Shown: positions 13,472 to 24,517 of the stretch, one piece after another | Numbering within the stretch: position 1 is the first letter of the stretch | How the letters are laid out: each line of letters begins with the position of its first letter | Source of the DNA: Moniliella sp. 'wahieum' | Lineage: Eukaryota | Assembly: GCA_003971905.1 (NCBI GenBank) | Contig: RSEE01000079.1 | Span: forward strand, 186,001-250,000 | Reading direction: 5' to 3' | DNA: 64,000 nucleotides | The notes under the pieces: model-generated | What the model saw: only the letters and a program-made list of their open reading frames with translations | What the model was told of the DNA's origin: nothing | Databases searched by the model: none | Translations under genes and position numbers: made by a program

Positions 13472-14498
13472 CTATTCTGCCGTAACTTCCTCCTTGGAGG
13501 GCAGCACCATGCGCTGACGCGGGCGTTGCGTACGAGGGGCCCGGCCTGCAGCAAAGTTAAACTCGTCTGGCGAAACGGTGCCGACGGCGATCCGACTGGC
13601 ACTACGATTGCGTATGCGCCATGCCGGTCGGGCCGGGGGCTCAGCACCCACAGCCACTGCCGGGCCACCCAAACGGTCGGCCGAACGTGCTTCCCGCAGT
13701 CCTGGCGTGCGGGCGGTCAGGTTCATAGATGGCAAGTGCGTCACGCTGGGAACTTTGACCAAGCGCGCTTCGTGGGCCTCGCGGCCGGCCAGCGTGCTCT
13801 GTGGGGAAGGAGGCAGGAGCGAGGGTGACCTGGTTTGCGGAGAATCCTTGGTTGGTAAGAGCGGCAAGGTGCTATCCCCTGCGCCTCGGCTTGGCGGGGT
13901 CGATGGCTGCCTCTCCTCTACCACCCTTGATCTGCTTCGTCAGGGTCAGGGTCAGGTGCCGGCGTCGACGCCGACGCCGATGCCGGTGCCGTTACCGGTG
14001 CCATTGCCACGGGGGATGCCAGTGTTGCTTGACTTGCTGCATCTTCGGTCACTGCCGGCGAGAGTCGGGGCGAGGTGGGGGCAGCAGGAATGGGGGTACG
14101 GTGCTTGAGCATCTTCATGCGAGGTAGGGCCGATTTGCGCTGGTCTGAACCTTTCTGTTCTGGACTGGGGGCAGCATACCAGGATCCGGCTGGGTGGGCG
14201 CGACATCATCATCGGAGCAAATTGGTCTCGTGATGGCGCGGAGATGTCATGTGTGCCAGCAAGCCAGTAAACCCTTCGGGAGGTGAACTTGGGGCCGGGA
14301 GAGTAGAAGGCAACGCAGGAACGGCGCGTGGGTGGTTGTGGAAGGCCGTCGAAGCGAGGTAGCACTTTTGGCCTTGGTGAGCAGCCGACCTAGCCGGGTG
14401 GTGCTGCCCCAAGAAGGACGCTTGCCCAGACGCAGGCGCCACTTGCTTCCATCGTCTCCCCTTGGTTCAGAGCCAGGGAGTACGGCGGTCGAAGACAT
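13472..14498 (-). CDS. Hypothetical low-complexity (Ser/Pro/Arg-rich) protein
   Basis: Overlapping minus-strand ORFs (14247-14498, 13918-14118, 13472-13924) of coding-like composition below a pyrimidine-rich 5' region; no domain recognised. Confidence 0.35.
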
Positions 14499-14824
14499 GG
14501 TGCTGGGTTGGTATCGTGAAAAGATGGGTGAATGAACGCAGGATGAGTGATAGTGAGAGTAGTGAAGGGATCGTGGTGGAGGGAGGGATGAGGGTATTGC
14601 TGTAGTATTGGGGGAAGAGGCTGGTGGAGATGGAAAGCGAGAGCAACGGAAGGCAAGACTGGTCGGGATGGTCGGCGACCGATGATCGCTGATCGAGAGA
14701 TTGTGTGCGGTACTGCAGCTGTGCCAGCATGGAGGGTGGCAATTGATATTGCGGCGTTAAGCTATTAGGCTGAATTAGCTCTCCTGTCGGGCTGTCTGTC
14801 CTATGTTCAGTCCACCAACCAACT

Positions 14825-15960
14825 TCTGATTAATCGATTAAGCCTTAGGCCTTAAGCCACCATATGCACCTTGTGCCCCTCGCCCGGCTAGCAGCGAGAG
14901 AGACAGAACGGATGCCAAGTCACACTAGTCACTGTTTCTCGGATACTGAGGTGCTCGATGCTCTGGATCTTCCGCAGGCAGCCAAGCTTCGTCAGCTGAA
15001 GGCTGAGAGGTTCAGCACTTAGGTGAGTGTTTCAAAGCGCTCCCCGCTTTGAAGCTTAAGCTCCTGGGTCGAAGCTTTAAGCGGGGCGGAAGCTGTGGCG
15101 GCCCTTGGTCCATTGCCTGACCGCCGGACGCGTGGCTGCGGAGCTGCCTGGGGGCTCGGCCGGGGATATGGGGTCTCTCTCCAGGGTCTAGCGGCGCCGA
15201 CAGCGACGATTATTGACGTTTCAAAATTCACCTAACCGAGTGGGATCCGAGCGTGGCTGTGACTCGTGACTAGTGACTAGTGACTTTTCGTAACCTACTA
15301 GCAGCTTGAGTGTACTGGGAGATCTGAGAGTATACTTGAAGCTTGAGTACTGGTACTAAGTAACTGAGTGCTAGGAGACCACCGGTCCTACGGACCGGTC
15401 TGCTGGGGCTTCCCCCCAGCTTGTTCGCGACCTTAGCCACCCTTCCATCCTACCCACCTCGTTCCACCGTTCCACACGCGGGATAAACGGGTCGGCTTGG
15501 GCGCAGCAACTGTTTCTTTGTCCCGGCCTTAAAAATTCCGTCACTGATATGGTTACATGTTCCCCCTGTCCCAGCCTTAAGCTCTGTCAATGAAATGGAC
15601 GTGGGGTAGAGATAGGTGCGAGTGGATGGGGTGAACGTGTGAACGTTGAACGTATAAAACGTTCCAGAAGAACCTCTGTTACATATGTTACAGGTGTTGA
15701 CTGGTGACCAGTGACGCGATGGCAACAATCATTAATCACCGGTCCAACCGCTGTGAAGTATTAGGCCTTAGGCCTTAGGGGGCTAAAGCCCACAGGGCCC
15801 GAGACGAGGCAACTAAGAGTGAGATGAAAGAGGGAACGGACAACCATTTTAGTCATTCGCAACGTTAGACATTGACTACTCAACGTACCGAACGTTGAAC
15901 TCAGTAGTCAGTAAGTCGGTGTACTCAGTGAGCGTGAGCGCTCAGGCTGAGCCCCAAGCG
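14825..15960. repeat. Several palindrome tracts (AGGCCT, ACTAGT, AGTACT, AACGTT, ATTAAT)
   Basis: ccttaggccttaag, gtgactagtgactagtgac, taggccttaggccttagg, gattaatcgattaa, aacgttgaac. Confidence 0.8.
15371..15476 (-). mobile_element. Helitron-like 3' terminus (twin GC hairpins plus CTAG), copy 1
   Basis: Similarity to 63544-63670 starts exactly at CTAG; hairpins accggtcc-tac-ggaccggt and gctgggg-ctt-cccc(cc)agc. Confidence 0.55.
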
Positions 15961-17089
15961 TTTTATATTAGCCGCTGACACGCTAACAATAAAGGGCCAA
16001 AAAAGGGAAGACCGAATGAGTCTTGCGCGCTAAGACGAAAAGGTGAAGGAAGAGGGCCAAGAAGGCGAGCGTCCGACTCGGTTGTTTTCCAACCCTTCTG
16101 TTCAGCCGCAAAACTCCACCTACTAGCCAGACACAGTCTTAGAATTCGAGCCTCAATGACATTAGGTTGCTGTCAGCACTGCAGGGAGCATCGGCCCGAC
16201 AACACAACAAAAGCAAACCAGCTCTAGTAGCCTGCTCCCGTTGGCGCAGGGGAGCACGTGCTGTGACCGCACCGGTGAGGCCTACCCAGAGTAGTACCTC
16301 GAACCGATCGATCGTGCTGAGCACTCTGAAGTATATTGACGTCGACACGGGCTGTATACCTATTGAAGTGGGGAAAGACTGGTAGTTTTGGACACCAAAA
16401 AACTTGTAACACGCATAGCTAATCGAAATTTCTAGCCCAGAACCTTGCCGGCCTCGCCACAAGCTTGTCTTTAGATTTGAGGGGCACAACCTTGTCACAG
16501 CCTCGCCAACTCAGCTAGCCCCAACCTCTTGGACCACACCGCGGCAACGCCGCCCAGCGAGGTTGTCCCTAGATTGCTGCCTATAAAGCTCGTGGCAACA
16601 TTGCCCACCATTCTAGTAACAAACCTTGTCCGCCATTCTAGTCGCAATCTTGCCCGCCACCCTATTTCGCGACACTGTGGATAGCGGGCAGCCTCGACCC
16701 ATGTTAAAAAGGAAGGTGTGTCCAGGAATCGAACTTGTGGTTTCCCCCGCTGAAAGTAGACATAGACCGTTGCACCATAAAAGCACTAACTACTTTGCGG
16801 CGATCACTGGACCCAATATTCGTATGTCCGTTTTCACACGAAGAGTCGTCAAAAACATTTGTAGACTGGTGGTGAAGAGTATACATCAGTGGTGGGTACA
16901 ACTTCTCATAGTATCATTCGTAGCCCATATGGAACCGTCTACACATTCATTGCTGTAATTGTACTGCCCGCACAATGTCCTCGTCCGTCGATGGAACATT
17001 ATCGTCCTCGACCGCCCAGTCCTAGGCAAAGGCCAAGTCAGCAAGTCGCAGGATGTCGATGTGGGGAGAGACAGAGTGTGACAAAGTGG

Positions 17090-18780
17090 TTAAGCACTAA
17101 CGTATAGCAGCGCTGCACCGCCGATGTCCGAGCCCGTCTTGCTTAAACTCATCCAGCAACTCCAGGACCCCGAGACGAAATCGGGGAGTGGCTTCTTACG
17201 TTTCTTGCTATTACTTGCCCCTGCCGAGTCATCCAGACTCTTTCGGTACTTAAACAGGAGAAAGGAGGCGTCCTTCAAATACTTGTCGTTCACCCCCGTC
17301 TGGTTTGCTCGGTCGTTGACCCGACCGTCGTTCTGGACGACCATATCGAGCTGGTGATCGACTTCGCGCCTATAGTAGCTTCGACGCTTGAACGTGGATT
17401 CCTTTCCGTCTTAATGTGTTCGCCAGTTAGTCAGTCGCCTTGGTGCACACTCAGCACAGCACTAGAGCCTCGTGTACGCACCAGACAATCAGTCACGTTC
17501 TCCGCCAATGTATTTGTACCCCGTTGCCATCCGCAGTCGCACAAACGACAGCACACGTGAGCAGTCATGCACATCACTGAAGCCATCTCGTTATCGCCCT
17601 TCATTATCGGCAACACGGGCTGTACAAAGACCCATCCCTCGGTATTCGAATCCCAGACAGGGATGAGCTCCTCGTGATACTGCCTGTGTATGTTCGAAAA
17701 AGGCATTAGCAAGCTTTCTTTCCTTGCAGGAATCACGGCGGCTTCACACTGCAAGCAACTTGGACTAGGTAGTGATACTCACACTTAAGCTGTTTGACCA
17801 GCTGCTCGCACAACGGGAGGAGAGACTTTGCTGTTTCTGATGCAAACAAGAAAAGGTTCTTTGCCCTTCTAGACTCGGCCCATGGTACGTCCATGTTGCC
17901 CAGAAGCAGGCTGTTAAGAGAGCTTGGCCAATTGGACACATTGTCTCCAAAACCATTGGCCCATCCCTCCAGCTGGAGACGGACTAGTTGTTTCGGTCAC
18001 AGGCTGTGGCACTGAGGGTGCTGATGCCCTTCTTTTTCCTCCCCGTCCCACCACGTGCCTATGTCGTACCAGGATGGAAGTCAGTAAGCCAAGTGTTTCC
18101 GCTGCGCGGTGGAGTGCAAGGCAATTTACTGATGGCCGTCGTTGAGGTGCAGCTTTTTGTCATGTTCACCTAAGCAAGAAAGGCGGTACGTGTCGTTTTG
18201 CATGTGAACTTCGGCAGTTTGGTCGTCTCGTCCTGGGCCGAGTTGGCCCCGATGTTGTACCACAAGTCACTGTCGGCGTCGTGTTGCCACAAGACGAGAA
18301 AGATAGGCGCGGTAATACCGAGCAGGTGAACAGCAGGTTCGCCAAGGTACATGTGAATATCCAGATCGCGTGGACGCTTATTGACCATCGGCTCAGTCAC
18401 TTGTGCCGATCAGATTCCATCGTCCCTTGTGTGGCTCTTCCATGAACCCGTCCCTGTGAGGACCTGGACCATAGCCCTGGGCGACCAGGGCTTGGTTTAC
18501 TGTGGCATCTTGGAGCGGATGGAAGGGTTCGAGGACATGTATGAGCTGGAAAATGCCGTCGACCGAAGAACACAATGTACATCGTCTCCTGATACAAACT
18601 GGATGCTCCGATGCACACGAGAGGCTGCTGCACCTTCTCAATTGCCTTAGTTTTGTTGAGCGAGTAAAGAGACAATTTCCCTTCGGTCTTGCCCGCGACT
18701 TGTGCGAATGTGGTCTTCTCTCGCAACGAGATAGTTGGACTGGAGTATTCGTGCTGTATATAGCTGCTGTCACGACTATC
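17090..18780 (-). pseudogene. Fragmented transposase of the basidiomycete CACTA-related 'WD..GDNxM..CRxC' type
   Basis: LEGWANGFGDNVSNW (resembles DDxSGNxSKxW), LFLFASETAKSLLPLCEQLVKQL, IPVWDSNTEGWVFVQPVLPIMKGDNEMASVMC..CCRLCDC; stops and frameshifts. Family assignment is from recalled motif similarity. Confidence 0.55.
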
Positions 18781-19758
18781 TCAAGTGCACAACTTAAAAG
18801 AATCTATATATGAAACGCCCAGGCTGCAGGGGGGGCGCCGGGGCTGGCGGTGGCGTGGGGGGACAACACTGGCGCCATGCGGGTGGACCACCGGTGGACC
18901 ACCGGTGGTTGCGTCTATAACCGCATGCAGCTGCGCCGATGCTCTTGCCTCTCGACTACCACCACCATCACCACCGCCTCTCTCTCGCTGGCCACACTGT
19001 GCTATCAGAGCTGGCGCCATGTGCCCGGCTCGTTGCGCTGCCATTATATACACCCCCGCCGACGTGCTTGCTGTGCAAGGGCCTGGCCTCGGTATGTCCA
19101 CGCCCCCCGGGCGGATGCTTGTCGGACTGACTCGTCTGTGCGCAGCTGACGGAAACGAGTCGACCACGCCTGGTGGCATGGTCTTGCCTGGTATCCTTCA
19201 CGTCAAGATATCGGTCATGCCTCCCAACAGCGATTGAACATCAACGACAAGGGCGCTTCGAGCGGACGGTCGACGGCGACGGTTTCCCCGGCCAGGGCTC
19301 GACGGTCAGTACCTGCGCTTTGTCCTTATCCGCCCATACACTGACAACGCCTTTAAGCAGGATGATTGAAGAAGGCGCTCAAGTGCTGCAGCAACGACCA
19401 CGGAACATGTGCAGGCTTGCACACAGATCATCGTTCGCCGTATGGTTGCGGGACTCATTCTCCCTCTCGAACACGATGACGCTTCGCCCCCACGCCGCAA
19501 GTTGTATGGCCCTTGTATCTTTGCCCTTCGGTCCCTATCATCTCGGCGTCCCCATGATGTTTTTGGTCCGCGATTAACGACGAAGGCAAAGCTTCTGTGG
19601 TTGCCGCCGTCCTGAGGCTCCTCGAACAACCTGTCGTTGCCTTGGCGCTCCTCTACGTCTCTGTGTCTAAACAACCATGGCAATGCATGCTTTTAAAGAT
19701 AATCCACTGCCTGATCTGATCTGATAGCATCGTGGCACCCTAGCCACCACCCTAGCCG

Positions 19759-19834
19759 CCAGCCTGGTGAAAATCTGTGGCTAGCCTTGCCACCAGCCTG
19801 GTGAAAATCTGTGGCTAGCCTTGCCACCAGCCTG
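19759..19834 (+). repeat. 34-bp tandem duplication in the subterminal region of the TIR element
   Basis: ccagcctggtgaaaatctgtggctagccttgcca x2. Confidence 0.9.
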
Positions 19835-20683
19835 CCAGCAAGGCTGCGGACTGTCCGGGGATAGCTGGGGGATAGCTGGGGTAACCTGGCGCCAAGCAGT
19901 CGGGTAGATTGTATCGACCTTGCGACCATCTTGCCGCCAGCTTTTGTTGTACAAGGTTGTGGCAATTCTAATCATAGTCTAACGGTATCAAGTTACTACC
20001 CTGTGGCGAGATCGGCGGCAACGTTGTGACGAGAAATTTCGATTAGCTATATGGATAAAGAGAGAAGGGAGAGGCACCTCAGGCCGAGGCCCGGACTTGA
20101 CCTCAGGGGTGGCCTACTATGGTCAACGATTGATTGACACAGTGATGAATGGCCCCACGCTGAAGGAAACGGGTCTACGGGCAACATGAACGACACCAAA
20201 AGAAAAAATGGTATAACACCCACGAATGGAGCCTGAAGATGAAAAGGAAAGAAAGCCAAAACAACGCTCGCACTCAATGGAAGGTGAAAAGAAAGAGAAG
20301 GATTGTGCGAGCGCAACGAGAGGGGAGGCATCCCAACCCGCTGCCAATAGGAACTAAGACCCCGTGGGAGTACATCGACGAGCCAAAAGCTTGCTTCAAG
20401 ACTTCTCAAGGCGGCGGGTAACGTCGAAAAGAAAGAAGTCAAACCAAAAGACAAACCCCAGGAACCAAAATAGCCAGCGCCCCCGACCGCACGGAAGGGA
20501 CTGGACCCCCGATCGCACAGGCATAGGAACATCTTCCGCCTGAACGCAACAGCGTGTAGAAAGGTTGTTTAAGGGGGGCAATCGGGAGAGCCCATAACAG
20601 GGGCTACGACATATGCCCCCTCTGTCGTACTTCCCATAACTTGCCCCACCATGCACGATGTCCCTCACCCACCTTGGCGAGGC

Positions 20684-23212
20684 TCAAGCCGCAAGAGGTG
20701 GGATTGGCAGATGGGGCATCTCCCGCAACTGCGAGGCCCACTGGGACAGAAACTCCCTCCCCGCCCCTTCTGCTGAGAGGGTATCGAGGTCCCCAACGAC
20801 GCACAGTTGTTTCCGCGGCCGGGTGATGGCCACGTTCAACCGGCGTGCGTTCCTCAAGAAGCCCACTTTCTTTGCGCTGTTGGAGCGCACGGCGAGGAAG
20901 ATAACGACGTCGGCTTCCTGGCCTTGCATGCTGTCCACCGTGCTGATCTTGAGGCGTGGGTAAAGTTTGGTGGCACGAATGCGGTTCCCGTTGGTTGGGT
21001 TGACCAGCTTCATGTTGGCCAGCAAATTGGCTTGGCCCGAATAGGGCGTCAACAGGACCACATCTTCCTCCTTCACGCCTTTTTGAGCAGGAGAATGAGA
21101 TGGTGGAACGCAATCATGGCCTCGGACGGGTTCTCCAAGCTTTGGGAAAAGTGAGTGAGCTTGATCTGCTCGTTCATCTCTCGGTTCGACGTATCGTACA
21201 CCACAATGGGGCGGGCAATGAGGCGAGAAGGTGTGAAGATCGCCTTCCGCTGCTTGGGGTGAGCCTGGAGGTAAGCATGCAATCCTTCCACCTCGGGAAT
21301 CCAGTCCACCTTGGCCGGCGGGCCAAGCTTGAGCCTGGTATCGGCGTTGCGGCTGAAGGCAACCAGCTCGCCATGGTACATGGCGTCGCTGGGATATGAC
21401 TGGATTTGAGTGTTGAAACGGTATTGGGTCGTGAGCAAGGTGAGTGCTGAAGGACCAGTACGGTGTACGCTCGCACCCACTCCACTAGGGACGTAGCTGT
21501 CCTCCAGCCGTTGGAAGAGGGTATTGCGCAAGGACTTGGGCGTGGACGGGTAGCCCTCCTTCAAGCCCGAAACGCCATAATTCGTATTGGGTCCAGTGAT
21601 CACCATCGGCTCCAGCTGATACGGGTCACCCACCAACAGTAGCTGGCACCGACGAGCCTGGCGCAAGAGTGGGATCCAACTCAACGCCTCAGTCGCTGCG
21701 CCGCTTCGTCAATCACAATCAAATCAAAGTCGCCTTCCAGCTTGGCGGTGCCATGGAGTGTGGCGAGCCAGATCTCAGGGACGCCGGGAGCCTTATTCTT
21801 CTGCTGGCCTTTGGCCTTTTTGGACGGAGGCTTAGCCGTTTGCATAGAGCGCTTGCGCTTCTCAAAATCCCGCACGTCTTTCTGCATGCGGGAGGGATTG
21901 CCGGTCCGAGTTAACATGACCGCATTGTCTGCAATCGGTGCTGCTAGAGCTGAGAGGAGTTTGAGGGCAAGGTTATCGACCGCGGCATTGGTAGGGGCTG
22001 AGAGGAAAATGCGGGCGCGCGCGGGGGCGCGTTGCCTTTAGGGGCGACGGGCAGAATCTGGGTCCCCAACGTGACCTGGAGGACAAGCTCAACGATGGTG
22101 GAGGTCTTACCCGTGCCAGGCGGCCCATGGATAAGGTGAAAGGGGAGGTAAGCAAGAGGGGCATCACGCAGCCGTTGTAGCTCCCGCGGTTGTTCGCACG
22201 CTTTGACCTTGCTGGTTGTGAGAACGTTCCTGGCGGTGGTTGTACAGCAGCGTTGGCTCCACGTAAGGGGAGGCCGTACGGAAGGTCCACATTGGGGAGC
22301 GGAGCACGTTGCGGATCGCACGCCTTTGTTGCTCATTAAGGTTGGCGTTGAAATTGGGAAGGGGGAAAGGGGGCAGGTAGCCCTGGTTCTTCTTCTTTCC
22401 CTCAGTGACCCAGTGTTCTGAAAATGATGTCGGATCCAATAGGGAACGGGTAAGGGGTGTCTTGAGCGTACCAGTGCCCTTGATGATAGGGCAGTTCATG
22501 CTCTCCATCGCCGCTTCAACAGTAGAAGAGGGCACACGCCCTGGCCCAGCTTGCAGCAACTCGTTAGGCATGCGAATGTTAAGACCGACGCCTTCAGCTA
22601 TTGCATGCAGCGCGGCGAGCTGTATAGCATAAGTGGAATAGTCGATTCGCGCAACCACCCTGACAGAAGGCGGAGAGGTAAATACACTGCGGCCCACCTG
22701 GGCCACGACAACTTTCAATCGATCAGGCTGGACATCGGTAACTGTGCCCAAGATGATCTTCGGGGGGTCTTTGTTCCAGTACGTCGAGTAAGGAATGCGG
22801 GAGTTCTGGAGCACAACGGGCTGACCCGGTGAAATAACGTGGGGCAGCATCTTTTCAGCTGCAATCAGAGATAAGCTGAGGACGTGTCAGGGCTGTCAGC
22901 CTCTGGATGTAGAGTATCAGAAAAGGCGGCAACATACTGAACGAGTTTGCGCTTAGCGAATGATTCCGTATAGTCGTGTACCACCCTTAGTGCGACAGAG
23001 ATACCCAACCCTCGCCAAATAATGGTGTGCCAAGGAATCGGCTCAAGAAGGTACCTGTCCCTCTTTCGCTGACTGACAAGCTCGCGAAGCAGGAGGGTAT
23101 GGTGTTTGTGGACAAAATCTTGGATCTCACGGGTGGTCCAGCTCTTCGTGTTGGTATCATTGTTGGTCGTGGCGGCAACCCCATCTTGAGAAGCTTTCGA
23201 GTCAACCGTCAT
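20684..23212 (-). CDS. UPF1-like SF1 helicase (DNA2/NAM7 family, closest in layout to Hcs1/IGHMBP2)
   Basis: NLNEQQRRAI, LIHGPPGTGKT (Walker A), NAAVDNL, IVIDEAAQ (Walker B), LVGDPYQL, LTTQYR, TPYSGQ, STVDSMQGQEAD, RRLNVAITR; N-terminal FVHKHHTLL.RE. Confidence 0.85.
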
Positions 23213-23574
23213 TGTGATGTATCAAGCGGGGTGGGTGTTGTGTAGCGTAGACGGCTGAAGTGGTTGGTTTGGTTCCAGAAAGAATGACGGCGATTGCAGT
23301 CGCTTAAATACATGGCTTACGCTTCATGCATCACATGCATCATGAATCATGCATCATCCATCACGAGCTCACTGGCAAGTCGATGTTTTTTTCCAATCAA
23401 CACGTACAACATTTGAACGCGTCCGATGATGTTAGAGGGTACTGCTAGGGTTCTCCTGCGCGGCCCTCAATGGATCGGTGACGCTCGCCTAGCCGAGCGG
23501 AAGCGTTCCGCTCGCAGGCCGCGCACGCCCTGCTCGCTCCATCTCCCTTCTCTCTCTCCTTTCTCCTTCCCTTC

Positions 23575-23726
23575 AGACGTTGCTTGAAGACTTGTGCTCA
23601 CCACTTTGCCTTCACGCCTTGTCTGAAGGTACGCCTCTGCTTCCTTTCTTGACCTGTTGCTCCTCACAATGAGACGTTGCTTGAAGACTTGTGGCTCACC
23701 ACTTGCCTTCACGCCTTGTCTGAAGG
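23575..23726 (+). repeat. Two ~55-bp direct repeats; the motif also occurs inverted at 63797-63828
   Basis: agacgttgcttgaagacttgtg(g)ctcaccactt(t)gccttcacgccttgtctgaagg at 23575 and 23672. Confidence 0.9.
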
Positions 23727-23917
23727 CTGCTTTGCAGCTGATCCATAGGATCGCGAGTGCTCCCAAGTCGCACTCTAGCATGAGAGTTCCGCCTTTGGTG
23801 GAAATGAGTACGTGCCGCATGTCACGCGTTGTCACATGCCACTTTTCACGCCGCGAAGAGACACGCGAATCAACATCAATCAAATATCTATTGTGGCTAG
23901 CGGCTGCTGGACCTAGG

Positions 23918-24517
23918 TGTCACAGTGCGGCGGACTCGAGATGGTCCGACCGAAGCTAAGGCCCGCCTGCTCCGCACATGCCCAGTAGAGCGTGCTCCGC
24001 AGGCCAACCAAGTGTGATGATGGTTGGCTAAATTAAGTATCGTGGCTGAAGGGCCATGCTCCGTGCGACAAAATCGCCCCCCGCCCAAGTCCAAGTCGGC
24101 CGGCCTAAATAAGGCCACCGAGCTTCCAGTGCCGTGGCGGCATCTGCCGTCCCGTCCCCGTTTCCGTTTCCTTTCTCGGTCGCGCCTGTGGCGACCAACC
24201 CCGTTTTGACATGTCTTCCTTTCTACACCCCCCTCTTGTATCCGTTTCCCTTTTGATCCTGCCTGTACCCCTGGTTGATGGGGATCTTTTCCCCCACCTT
24301 CCATTATCGTCTCAACCCCCTCGTCTACCCTCTCGTCTATCCTGTGCGACTCCTGCCGGTTTTCCAGCCAATTGATCCAGTACAGGCAGTCTACTTTTGT
24401 TAGCGTCCGACATCCCCTCCAATCTCGTCCTCCAGCGATTCGTCAGTCCAGTCGCGCGAGCCCTCCTCTGGCCGCGTCGATTTCCAGTCTCAGTTGAAGC
24501 AGTGTTTGTCCGCCGCT
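23918..24517. mobile_element. Truncated second copy of the 1078-1918 LTR, inverted orientation
   Basis: Begins TGTCAC; reverse complement of about 1316-1918 with scattered substitutions; other terminus and TSD not found. Confidence 0.85.

Larger units (their letters stand above)
16414..20051. mobile_element. Decayed CACTA/CMC(EnSpm)-like DNA transposon, 3.6 kb
   Basis: 19-bp perfect TIR ATAGCTAATCGAAATTTCT (16415-16433 / 20032-20050). Left end reads CATAG. Flanks CG/TG fit a 2-bp TSD with one transition. Subterminal CCTTGCC-type repeats at both ends; internal transposase remnants. Confidence 0.75.

Noticed and set aside
19306..19683. PYNLRRGG as a tyrosine-recombinase (Crypton/DUF3435) motif
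   Set aside because: It is a single short motif in a broken ORF, with no other catalytic residues supportable.
15371..23726. One large Helitron carrying the SF1 helicase
   Set aside because: The helicase is UPF1-like rather than PIF1-like, no HUH Rep motifs were seen, and the 23575 motif is in the wrong orientation relative to the CTAG end at 15371.
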